Source: Terrimicrobiaceae bacterium (GTDB lineage: Bacteria > Verrucomicrobiota > Verrucomicrobiia > Chthoniobacterales > Terrimicrobiaceae). From it: a stretch of DNA of 42,475 nt. The DNA lies in NCBI GenBank assembly GCA_049317925.1, contig JBMOHI010000001.1:1-42475 (forward strand), given 5' to 3'. Each line of letters begins with the position of its first letter. The first letter of the stretch is position 1. Of this stretch, positions 30,100 through 37,991 are shown piece after piece. Made by a program: the position numbers and the translations under genes. The notes beneath the pieces were generated by a model that saw only the letters and a program-made list of their open reading frames with translations, was not told where the DNA came from and did not search any database.

Positions 30100-31544
30100 T
30101 TTTGCAGGTTTTCTTCTTTGAGGACCCGGTAACGCGTGACGATGCGGTCGCGCGCTTCCTCGACCGCCTTGCGCTCCAGTACGATCGGCCGGCCCTGTCC
30201 GAGCATCTCGATCACGTAATAATCGGCCTCTTTTTTGAATGCCGCCGCCACATCGTCGATCCGATCGATTTTCTGGCCGTTGATTTTGTTGACGATGTCG
30301 TAGCGGAATTCTGCGGCATAGGCATTGACCGGATCGGCCAGGATGCTGCTCAGCACGACGATCTCCGAGCGTTCGCGGTAGATGCTTTGGGTAACGAACT
30401 GATCAAAGAAATAACGCAGGCGCAGATCGTCCGGGCTGTGTTCCGAGATGAAGTTCGCATCCACCGGTTGGAAAACCAATCCGCCGAAGACCACGAAGCG
30501 GGGTTTTTCGTTGTAGGCGTTGGCCTGCAGGGTGAAGGGCCAGGCGTGGGTCAGGTTGATCGTGACATTCAGCGGTTTCCGGTCGCGGAGAATTTCAAAA
30601 TTCACTTTATCGCCCTTGAATTTCCGCTCCACCACCTCGGCCATCTCGACCGGATCGCCGTCGATGGACACCGTTCCGTCGCTGGAGATGGGCAGGCCAT
30701 CGATTTTCAGCAACACATCGCCGGGTGAGAGCACGCCCTCGGAAACGCCTCCTCCAAAGACACTCCCGACAACCACGCCGGACTCCCCGTCGCTCAGGCC
30801 GAGCGACTGGCGCATGGCTGGATTGTGCAGCGGATGATAGCTCAGGGTGAGATCAACATAGCGGTCGTAATGGCCGTCTTCCACGTCCTGAAGGAAACGC
30901 CGGATCACCGGCGTCGGGATCATGTAGCCGACATTCTGCGCGACATCCCCGCTGTACCCTTGAAAGGCCACCCCGATGACCTTGCCGTCCTGCAAGACCG
31001 GACCGCCGCTGTTTCCCGGATTGATGGCCGCGTCGATCTGGATAGTCAGATGCGAATCCACCCCGGAGTGCGAGTAGGGCTGGAAGTCAATGCGCGACAC
31101 CACGCCGCGGGTCACGGAAAGCCGGTCGCCCCCGATAGGATAACCGTAGACCGAAACGGTGGACTCGATGGCCGGAATGCCCCCGAAATCCAAGGCCGTC
31201 GTCCCCTTGAAAAAATCCGCATTGTCCACCGTCAGCAAAGCCAAATCGCAATCGTGCGCCACATGCAAAACCCGCGCCGGATAGGGCTTGGGATCGCCCT
31301 CCTTCGAAACGGTGAGGAAGCGCGCATTACTCACCACATGCGCATTGGTCATGATCCGGTTGCCGGAAATGATGAACCCGGCTCCCACTCCGCCATTGAC
31401 CTCGCCTCCGCTCCACGGGGCTTTGTAATTGGGTTCCTGCGAAGTTTCCTGAATGCGCACCAGGCTGCTGGCCACTTTTGCTGCCGGGCTGGAGGGGGTC
31501 AGAAGAAAAACCGCGCACAGGGTGCACGCGAAAAGTCGAAACAT
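30096..31544 (-). CDS. Secreted S1C serine protease, Deg2/Nma111-like, with PDZ domains
   Basis: ORF 30096..31703. Likely start is the ATG at 31544 (MFRLFACTLCAVFLLTPSSPAAK, a signal peptide). Catalytic motifs TNAHVV, DCDLALL and GNSGGPV. ATGA overlap with the downstream paralog. Confidence 0.9.
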   Translation of the reverse strand: MFRLFACTLCAVFLLTPSSPAAKVASSLVRIQETSQEPNYKAPWSGGEVNGGVGAGFIISGNRIMTNAHVVSNARFLTVSKEGDPKPYPARVLHVAHDCDLALLTVDNADFFKGTTALDFGGIPAIESTVSVYGYPIGGDRLSVTRGVVSRIDFQPYSHSGVDSHLTIQIDAAINPGNSGGPVLQDGKVIGVAFQGYSGDVAQNVGYMIPTPVIRRFLQDVEDGHYDRYVDLTLSYHPLHNPAMRQSLGLSDGESGVVVGSVFGGGVSEGVLSPGDVLLKIDGLPISSDGTVSIDGDPVEMAEVVERKFKGDKVNFEILRDRKPLNVTINLTHAWPFTLQANAYNEKPRFVVFGGLVFQPVDANFISEHSPDDLRLRYFFDQFVTQSIYRERSEIVVLSSILADPVNAYAAEFRYDIVNKINGQKIDRIDDVAAAFKKEADYYVIEMLGQGRPIVLERKAVEEARDRIVTRYRVLKEENLQK

Positions 31545-31654
31545 GGGCGAGAACCTAGGCGGGTTGTGCGCTTTGACAACAGGGAATTGCGGGGATTTTT
31601 CCCAAACCGGGGGCCCCGCGGTGGTTCCAACGGCAGGCGGCTGAGAATAAACAG

Positions 31655-31683
31655 TTGCCCTGCAGAAAAATCCCCCGTATTTT
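31655..31683 (+). promoter_or_regulatory. Candidate sigma70-type promoter for tRNA-Val
   Basis: TTGCCC (31655-31660), 17-nt spacer, TATTTT (31678-31683), about 35 nt upstream of the tRNA 5' end. Pattern match only. Confidence 0.25.
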
Positions 31684-31717
31684 GCCCGTCCGCTTCTTCT
31701 CAAGAAGCGTCAAGCAC

Positions 31718-31792
31718 GCGCGGTTAGCTCAGTGGTAGAGCACCTCCCTGACACGGAGGGGGTCACAGGTTCGAACCCTGTATCGCGCACCA
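31718..31792 (+). tRNA. tRNA-Val (anticodon GAC), CCA encoded
   Basis: Manual cloverleaf: acceptor GCGCGGT/ATCGCGC, D arm GCTC-AGTGGTA-GAGC, anticodon arm CCTCC-CTGACAC-GGAGG, variable GGGTC, T arm ACAGG-TTCGAAC-CCTGT, discriminator A, CCA. 75 nt. Confidence 0.95.
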
Positions 31793-33697
31793 TCAGATTT
31801 CGACCTGTTTGCCGATCTCGATGGTGCGGTTGCTGGGGAGGTGGAAGAATTGCGCGGCGTTCTGGGCGTTTTTGGCCATGGCGATGAAGACGTTTTCACG
31901 CATGCGGGGGAGTCCGTTGTTGGAACGCACCAGAGTTTCGCGTCCGAGAAAGAACGTGCTCTTTTCAATATCAATGGAGAGCCCCTGTTTTTCGGCCCCG
32001 GCCACGACGGCCTGGATGGTGGGGATTTCCATGAAGCCGAAATTGGCGTTGACCTGGTAGAAGCCTTCGGGAAGCGGGGTGATGGTGAGTTTGCTGGCGT
32101 CATCCACGTAGGGAACGCGGGCGGAGAGAATCGTGAGGACGATGTTGCGTTCGTGCAGGACGTGGTTGTGGGTGAGGTTATAGGAAAGCGAGTTGGGGGT
32201 GATATCGGGGGAGGAGGAGAGGAAGATGGCGGTGCCTTTGACCCGGTGGGGGTTGAGGGCGGGGTCGAGAACGCCGGACATGGCGATGGAATCGACGAAG
32301 CAGGGCAGGGTGAGGGCGTTGCCCATCTGACTGCGGATGTAGGTGCGGCCGATTTTCCAGGTGGTCATCATGTAGAAAACCACGATGCCGATAAGGAGCG
32401 AGAGCCAGCCGCCGTGAGCGATCTTGAGGATGTTCGAGGCAAAGAAGGCGCATTCGATGATAAGGAAGATGGAGCAAACAATGGCCGCACGGGAACGGCT
32501 CCAGCCCCAGAGTTTCTGCGAGACGACGAAAAACAGGCAGGCCGTGGCCATCATGGTCATGGTGACGGCCAGGCCGTAGGCGGCGGCGAGGGCGGAGCTG
32601 GAGCGGAAGCTGACGACGAGCGCGATGCAGGCGAAGGCCATAGCCCAGTTGACGGCGGGAATGTAGACACGGCCCGAGGTCTCGTGGCTGGTGTAGAGGA
32701 TCTGGATGCGGGGCAGGTAGCCCATTTGCATGGCGGCGGTGGTGAGCGAGAAGACGCCGGAAATGAGGGCTTGGGAGGCGATCACACCCGCCATGGTGGC
32801 GAGGAGGACGAGCGGGAGGGTGGCCCATTCGGGGGCGAGGAGGAAGAACGGGTTCGTGTGGGTCTCGGGGTGGGAGAGAACGAGGGCGCCTTGGCCGAGG
32901 TAGTTGAGCACGAGGGCCGGCAGGGCAATGTAATTCCACGCGTCGCGGATGGGAATCCGGCCAAAGTGCCCCATGTCGGCGTAGAGCGCTTCCGCGCCGG
33001 TGACGGCGAGGACGACACTGCCAAGCACGAAGGCGGACGTTCCAGGATGGCTGATGAGGTAGTGGAGTCCGCTAAAGGGATTGAAGGCGGCAAGGACAGC
33101 GGGGTTGTGAATGACCTGGATCAATCCCAGGAAACCGAGGACGAGAAACCAGAGAAGGACGATGGGTCCGAAAGCTTTGCCGATAAAATCGGTGCCAAAG
33201 CGCTGAACGGAGAAGAGAGCAAGGAGGATGACCACGGCCAGCGGCACGACAAAGTGGCCCAGAGCGGGAGAGATGACCTTCAGCCCTTCGACGGCGGAGA
33301 TGACGGAGATGGCTGGAGTGATGACGCCGTCCCCGTAGAGCAGGGCCGCCCCGAAGACGCCGATCGCACTCATGAGTAGAACGGATTTCGTGACCTGGCT
33401 GCCGGTGGACTGCGGGGGGAAGGCGAGATTGAGCAGGGCGAGAATGCCGCCTTCGCCATGGTTGTCGGCCCGCAGGATGAGGGCGACATATTTAATCGAG
33501 ACGATAATGATGAGAGACCAAAGGATGAGGGAAAGAATTCCGATGGTGGCAGTGGACGGGTCGGCCTCGCCGCTGTGGTGGAGGCATTCCTTGAAGGCGT
33601 AGAGCGGGCTGGTGCCGATGTCGCCGAAGACCACGCCGAGGGCGCCAATGATGAGAGCTGCTTTGCGTTTTCCTGTGGGTTCGGATGGTGCGGACAT
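31793..33697 (-). CDS. kup: KUP/HAK/KT potassium uptake transporter
   Basis: ORF 31793..33901. Likely start is the ATG at 33697 (MSAPSEPTGKRKAALIIGALGVVFGDIGTSPLYAF...). 634 aa, 12-TM-like N-terminal part plus a cytoplasmic C-terminal domain. Confidence 0.95.
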   Translation of the reverse strand: MSAPSEPTGKRKAALIIGALGVVFGDIGTSPLYAFKECLHHSGEADPSTATIGILSLILWSLIIIVSIKYVALILRADNHGEGGILALLNLAFPPQSTGSQVTKSVLLMSAIGVFGAALLYGDGVITPAISVISAVEGLKVISPALGHFVVPLAVVILLALFSVQRFGTDFIGKAFGPIVLLWFLVLGFLGLIQVIHNPAVLAAFNPFSGLHYLISHPGTSAFVLGSVVLAVTGAEALYADMGHFGRIPIRDAWNYIALPALVLNYLGQGALVLSHPETHTNPFFLLAPEWATLPLVLLATMAGVIASQALISGVFSLTTAAMQMGYLPRIQILYTSHETSGRVYIPAVNWAMAFACIALVVSFRSSSALAAAYGLAVTMTMMATACLFFVVSQKLWGWSRSRAAIVCSIFLIIECAFFASNILKIAHGGWLSLLIGIVVFYMMTTWKIGRTYIRSQMGNALTLPCFVDSIAMSGVLDPALNPHRVKGTAIFLSSSPDITPNSLSYNLTHNHVLHERNIVLTILSARVPYVDDASKLTITPLPEGFYQVNANFGFMEIPTIQAVVAGAEKQGLSIDIEKSTFFLGRETLVRSNNGLPRMRENVFIAMAKNAQNAAQFFHLPSNRTIEIGKQVEI

Positions 33698-33806
33698 TCT
33701 TTTTGACTTCTGTGCGCGGATGTTCTGCCATTCCACGCGGGGTTGGGCCATGAAAAAGCGCGGAGCCGGGAGCAGGGAGAATGGCGACGGGAGTATTCCT
33801 CTGACG

Positions 33807-33878
33807 CCTACACTTGAACGCGCACGGAAACTCCCGCGACGACGAGAGGGTAGGTTCAGGTTCAAGTTTAAGAGTAGG
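33807..33878 (-). repeat. Imperfect palindromic intergenic element of about 72 nt (family 2), copy B
   Basis: CCTACACTTGAAC (33807-33819) ... GTAGGTTCAGGTTCAAGTTTAAGAGTAGG (33850-33878). The reverse complement of the long arm matches 15752-15780 at 25 of 29 positions. The core shares CTCTC, GGGAGTTT and CGT blocks. Confidence 0.7.
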
Positions 33879-33960
33879 CGGAGGGACGGTTCCCATGCCA
33901 AAGCTTGCCAACCGGCGGGGGAGACGGTTTTCTGAGGGCTGAAAATTTACCACGAATATT

Positions 33961-35943
33961 ATGAGTCTAGACATTCCCTCTCTTGAGTTGGCGGCCCGCG
34001 ATGCGCGCGGCCTGGCCATGGACGCGGTGACAAAATCGAAATCCGGCCACCTTGGCCTGCCCCTCGGCGCGACCGAAATCGGGGCGGTGCTTTACGGACA
34101 TGCCCTGAGCCACAATCCGGATGAACCGCGCTGGCTGAACCGGGACCGGTTCATTCTCTCGGCGGGTCATGGCAGCATGTTCCTCTATGGGTGGCTGCAT
34201 TTGTCGGGCTACGCGCTCTCGATTGAAGAGGTCTCCAACTTCCGCCAACTGCACAGCATCACGCCAGGGCATCCGGAGTTTCATGAGACGCCGGGGGTGG
34301 AGGCCACGACGGGGCCGCTGGGTCAGGGCGTTTCCAACGGGGTCGGCTACGCCATCTCGGCCAAGATGAGCGAGGCGCGCTTCAACACGCCGGAGCACAG
34401 GATTTTCGATCATCATGTGGTCGTGCTGGCGGGCGACGGCTGTTTGCAGGAGGGCATTGCCCAGGAGGCTTCCGCTCTGGCAGCGCACCTGCAGTTGGAC
34501 AATCTGATTTTGTTTTACGATTCCAATAACGTGACGCTGGATGCCATGGCGCCGGTGACGCAGAGCGAGGATACCGGGGCGCGTTACAAGGCCTATGGCT
34601 GGGATGTGCAGGAGATTGATGGCAATGATCTGCATGAAGTTCTGACGGCCTTCGAAAAAGCGAAAGCCGCGACCAGTGGGAAGCCGCAGTTCATTATCGC
34701 GAAGACGATGATCGGCAAGGGTATTCCCGAGGTGAGCGGCACGAACAAGGCGCACGGCGAGGCCGGGGTGAAATTCGTGCCCGAGTCCCGCAAGGCGCTG
34801 GGACTGCCGGAGCAAACATTCTTCGTTGCCCCGGAGACGAAAGCGTATTTTGCCAAACACAAGGAATCGCTCAAGGCGGCTTACGCCAAGTGGGCAGTGA
34901 CCTATAAAGCGTGGCGCGCCGGCAATGGTGATCTGGCGGCGGAGTTGGATGCGGCCATTGCGGGCAAGGTGCCGGATTTGCTCAAAGTCATTCCCAAATT
35001 CGATCCTGCGGCCAACATCGCCACGCGCAAAGCGGGCAGCGATGTGCTCCAACCCGTGGCCGCGGCGATGCCGCTGCTGATTTCGGGCAGTGCGGATCTG
35101 CACGGTTCGACCCTGAATTACATCAAGGACGGCGGCGATTTCACCCCGAAGAACCGCGAGGGTCGCAATCTGCATTTCGGCATCCGCGAACATGCCATGT
35201 GCGGGTTGATGAACGGTATCGCGTATGACGGCATCTTCCGTCCGAGCGGCGCGACGTTTTTGGTGTTCAGCGACTACGGACGGCCGTCGATCCGCATTGC
35301 CGCGCTGTCGCATCTGCCGGTGGTTTATATTTTCACTCACGATTCGGTCGGAGTGGGTGAGGATGGTCCGACGCACGAACCGGTGGAAACTGTGGCGGCC
35401 TTGCGGGCGATTCCGGGATTGGATGTGATTCGTCCGGCGGACCCCGAGGAAACGGCGGGGGCCTTTGCGGCGGCGTTTGAGAAAACGGACGGCCCGACGA
35501 TGCTGGTCCTGTCACGGCAGAACCTGCCGACCTTGAACGACATTCCGGTGGAGACGCGCCGCGAAGGCGTATTCAAAGGCGGCTATATCGCGAAGAAGGA
35601 GACGGCCAAATTGGATTTGATCCTTCTCGGCACGGGCAGCGAGCTGCAGCATGCCTTGAAGGCGGCGGAAGTCCTCGGGCCGGGCACGCGGGTGGTCTCG
35701 CTGCCGTGTTTCGAGCGGTTCGAGCGTCAGGATGCGGCCTATCAGGAAAGCGTGCTGCCCAAGGCGGTGCGTAAGCGCGTGTCGATCGAGGCGGGTGTTT
35801 CCGATCCGTGGTTCCGCTATGTCGGACTGGATGGCAAGGTCATCGGAATCGACCGTTTCGGTCTCAGCGCACCTGGTCCCACGGTGATGAAGGAGCTGGG
35901 CATTACCGCCGAAGCGGTTGTGGCGGCGGCGAAGGCGCTGTAA
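33961..35943 (+). CDS. tkt: Transketolase
   Basis: 660 aa. ThDP motifs ([20 protein letters not shown]) and [18 protein letters not shown]. Confidence 0.95.
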   Translation: MSLDIPSLELAARDARGLAMDAVTKSKSGHLGLPLGATEIGAVLYGHALSHNPDEPRWLNRDRFILSAGHGSMFLYGWLHLSGYALSIEEVSNFRQLHSITPGHPEFHETPGVEATTGPLGQGVSNGVGYAISAKMSEARFNTPEHRIFDHHVVVLAGDGCLQEGIAQEASALAAHLQLDNLILFYDSNNVTLDAMAPVTQSEDTGARYKAYGWDVQEIDGNDLHEVLTAFEKAKAATSGKPQFIIAKTMIGKGIPEVSGTNKAHGEAGVKFVPESRKALGLPEQTFFVAPETKAYFAKHKESLKAAYAKWAVTYKAWRAGNGDLAAELDAAIAGKVPDLLKVIPKFDPAANIATRKAGSDVLQPVAAAMPLLISGSADLHGSTLNYIKDGGDFTPKNREGRNLHFGIREHAMCGLMNGIAYDGIFRPSGATFLVFSDYGRPSIRIAALSHLPVVYIFTHDSVGVGEDGPTHEPVETVAALRAIPGLDVIRPADPEETAGAFAAAFEKTDGPTMLVLSRQNLPTLNDIPVETRREGVFKGGYIAKKETAKLDLILLGTGSELQHALKAAEVLGPGTRVVSLPCFERFERQDAAYQESVLPKAVRKRVSIEAGVSDPWFRYVGLDGKVIGIDRFGLSAPGPTVMKELGITAEAVVAAAKAL

Positions 35944-36040
35944 ATGCGGGGGAACGCTGCGTCGTTTCCGCAAAGTGTGGGCACGGACAAAGCAGTGCCC
36001 TCCAGTTGCGTTCACCACGGGTTGCGTCTTACCTCCAATC

Positions 36041-36772
36041 ATGTCGCTGCAAAAATTCGATCCTGAGGAAATCCGGCGGAAGTCGGCGGAGTTTGAATCC
36101 GCCTCGCTGGAGGAGATCCTGCGCTGGGCGTGGGAGACCTATGGCTCGCGCGCGGCCATCGGGACGAGTTTCCAAGGCGCGGGCCTGGTGGTGATGCACA
36201 CGGCCTGGCGGGCCGGGTTCAACTTTCCGGCCTTCACGTTGGATACCGGTTTGCTTTTTCCGGAGACCCTGGAACTGAAAGCCAAGATCGAGGCCTTGCT
36301 GGGCATCACGATTGAATCGCTCAAGCCCGAGCAGACGGTGGAGGAGCAGGAGGCCGAACACGGCCCCGAATTGTGGCGTCGCCAGCCTGATCTGTGCTGC
36401 ACGATGCGCAAGGTGCTGCCACTGCAGAAAAAGCTCGGCGAACTGGACGTCTGGATCACGGGTCTGCGCCGTCAGCAATCGGAGGGACGCGAGAAGACGC
36501 AGATCGCGGAGTTGTACCATTTCGATGTGTTGCGCGACCGATACATTCTCAAATTGAACCCGATGGCGAACTGGTCGCGGGATCAGGTGCAGGCGTATCT
36601 GCGCGAACACAAGATCCCGACGAATCCCCTGGCCTCACGGGGTTATCGTTCGATCGGCTGCATACCCTGCACGCGTCCGGTGGGCGAGGGGGATGATGAA
36701 CGGGCGGGGCGCTGGACCGGATTCGACAAGAGCGAATGCGGCATCCACACCTTCCTGGGCTCGAGCATTTAG
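36041..36772 (+). CDS. cysH: Assimilatory adenylyl-/phosphoadenylyl-sulfate reductase (Fe-S cysteine pattern of the APS-reductase type)
   Basis: ORF 35918..36772. Likely start is the ATG at 36041 (MSLQKFDPEEIRRKSAEF...). Carries the PAPS_reduct fold, Cys pairs DLCCTMRKV and GCIPCT, and C-terminal SECGIH. Confidence 0.9.
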   Translation: MSLQKFDPEEIRRKSAEFESASLEEILRWAWETYGSRAAIGTSFQGAGLVVMHTAWRAGFNFPAFTLDTGLLFPETLELKAKIEALLGITIESLKPEQTVEEQEAEHGPELWRRQPDLCCTMRKVLPLQKKLGELDVWITGLRRQQSEGREKTQIAELYHFDVLRDRYILKLNPMANWSRDQVQAYLREHKIPTNPLASRGYRSIGCIPCTRPVGEGDDERAGRWTGFDKSECGIHTFLGSSI

Positions 36773-37266
36773 GAGGAACGTGGAGCGGACAGCGGGAGGG
36801 TCGGGCGGTTTTTGAACAAGCCGGCAAAATAAGCCACGATCAGCCCCAGGCTGGTCCCACCCAGATCGAGAAAGACATCGTTGATGGAGGCCCCTCGCGC
36901 CTTCATGAAATACTGAATGATTTCGCTGCCCGCGGCAAAGACGATCGCGATGATAAAGACAAAACTGATGGCGCGGAGAGTGCGGTTTTTGGGAGGCAGG
37001 TTCAACATGCGGTGAGCCCGCAGCACCAGAATGGCCAGGATGGCGAACTGGAGGACGTGCATCGTCTTGCGCAGTCTCAGATTGATGCGATAGACCTCGG
37101 GCTCGGTGATCTTCGGATTGATCCGGAGCAGCCAGGGCCGGATGAGCCGGTAGGAATTGCTGGTGGATCCCACATCCGTCGAAGCGAAAAGGATGACTCC
37201 CATCCAAATGAGGGCTGGCAGCCACCGCTTTGCGAAAAGAGAAAAATCTTCCAAGGGGTCTGTCAT
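36769..37266 (-). CDS. VanZ-like membrane protein
   Basis: 165 aa with four hydrophobic segments. VanZ-type core HVLQFAILAILV...AAGSEIIQYFMKARGASINDVFLDLGGTSLG. Its stop overlaps the cysH stop (convergent). Confidence 0.7.
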   Translation of the reverse strand: MTDPLEDFSLFAKRWLPALIWMGVILFASTDVGSTSNSYRLIRPWLLRINPKITEPEVYRINLRLRKTMHVLQFAILAILVLRAHRMLNLPPKNRTLRAISFVFIIAIVFAAGSEIIQYFMKARGASINDVFLDLGGTSLGLIVAYFAGLFKNRPTLPLSAPRSS

Positions 37267-37334
37267 GCCGCTATTAACCTCCCCGTGTCAACATATTGCG
37301 CTGTAACCGGTCACGCCGGTAACGGGCTCGGCGA

Positions 37335-37991
37335 ATGACGATGAAACTTTCTTTGAAGAGCTCCTTATCTTGTTTTTCCGCGAGGAAAGCTCTGCGGCTG
37401 GGCGGAGTCTGTGCCGCGCTGGCTGCGGTGCTGGTTCTTGCCGTCTCGTGCCGCACGGCGGCTCCGGAGATTGACCTCGATCTGGACCTTCCGCAAACCA
37501 GCCAGACCTACCTGCTCCGGGTGGGCGACATCGTGCAGGTGGATGTTTTTCAGGAACCTGTCATGACGACCCGTCAACGTGTCCAGGGGGACGGGACCAT
37601 TTCCGTCGGCCTGATCGGGCGGGTCGCCGTGCTCGGAGAGAGCGTGGAGGTGGCGGCGGACAAGATCGCAAAACTTCTGGATAAGAAGTATCTGGTCGAC
37701 CCTCAGGTGAGCGTGACCGTGCTGGCCTATTCCCCGCGGCGCTACACCGTCTGGGGTCAGGTGCAGCGACCGGGAAGTTACGTCATTCCTCCGGAGCAAA
37801 ACGTTTCCCTGCCCGAAGCCATCGCCACGGCGGGGGGGAATTCGGATATCGGAAACCTGAAGCAGGTGGTGGTGAGCCGGAAAAAAAATGGCGAGATCGT
37901 GCGGATGCGACTCAATGCGCTGGCGCCGCAATCCCAAACCTTCCTCATTCACGAAGGGGATGTGATTTTCGTCAAGGAGACGATTTTTTGA
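37335..37991 (+). CDS. Polysaccharide export outer-membrane lipoprotein (Wza/Poly_export + SLBB; PEP-CTERM-locus export type)
   Basis: 218 aa. Lipobox-like LAVSC. YLLRVGDIVQVDVFQEP...GDGTISVGLIGRVAVLGESVEVAADKI...VDPQVSV plus an SLBB-like YTVWGQVQRPGSY. Confidence 0.85.
   Translation: MTMKLSLKSSLSCFSARKALRLGGVCAALAAVLVLAVSCRTAAPEIDLDLDLPQTSQTYLLRVGDIVQVDVFQEPVMTTRQRVQGDGTISVGLIGRVAVLGESVEVAADKIAKLLDKKYLVDPQVSVTVLAYSPRRYTVWGQVQRPGSYVIPPEQNVSLPEAIATAGGNSDIGNLKQVVVSRKKNGEIVRMRLNALAPQSQTFLIHEGDVIFVKETIF

Noticed and set aside
31718-33960. tRNA-Val as the border of an integrated genomic island
   Set aside because: The flanking genes (Deg proteases, kup, tkt) are ordinary chromosomal functions. 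No integrase gene, composition shift or direct repeat of the tRNA 3' end was visible.
33967-35376. 469-aa minus-strand ORF opposite tkt. Similar long antisense ORFs occur at 2871..3920, 4668..5840, 22834..24033, 26763..28169, 28903..30033, 31841..33379 and 38105..39334.
   Set aside because: Each overlaps a confidently identified gene on the other strand and is Arg/Gly/Pro/Ala-rich with no motifs. These are high-GC frame artefacts.
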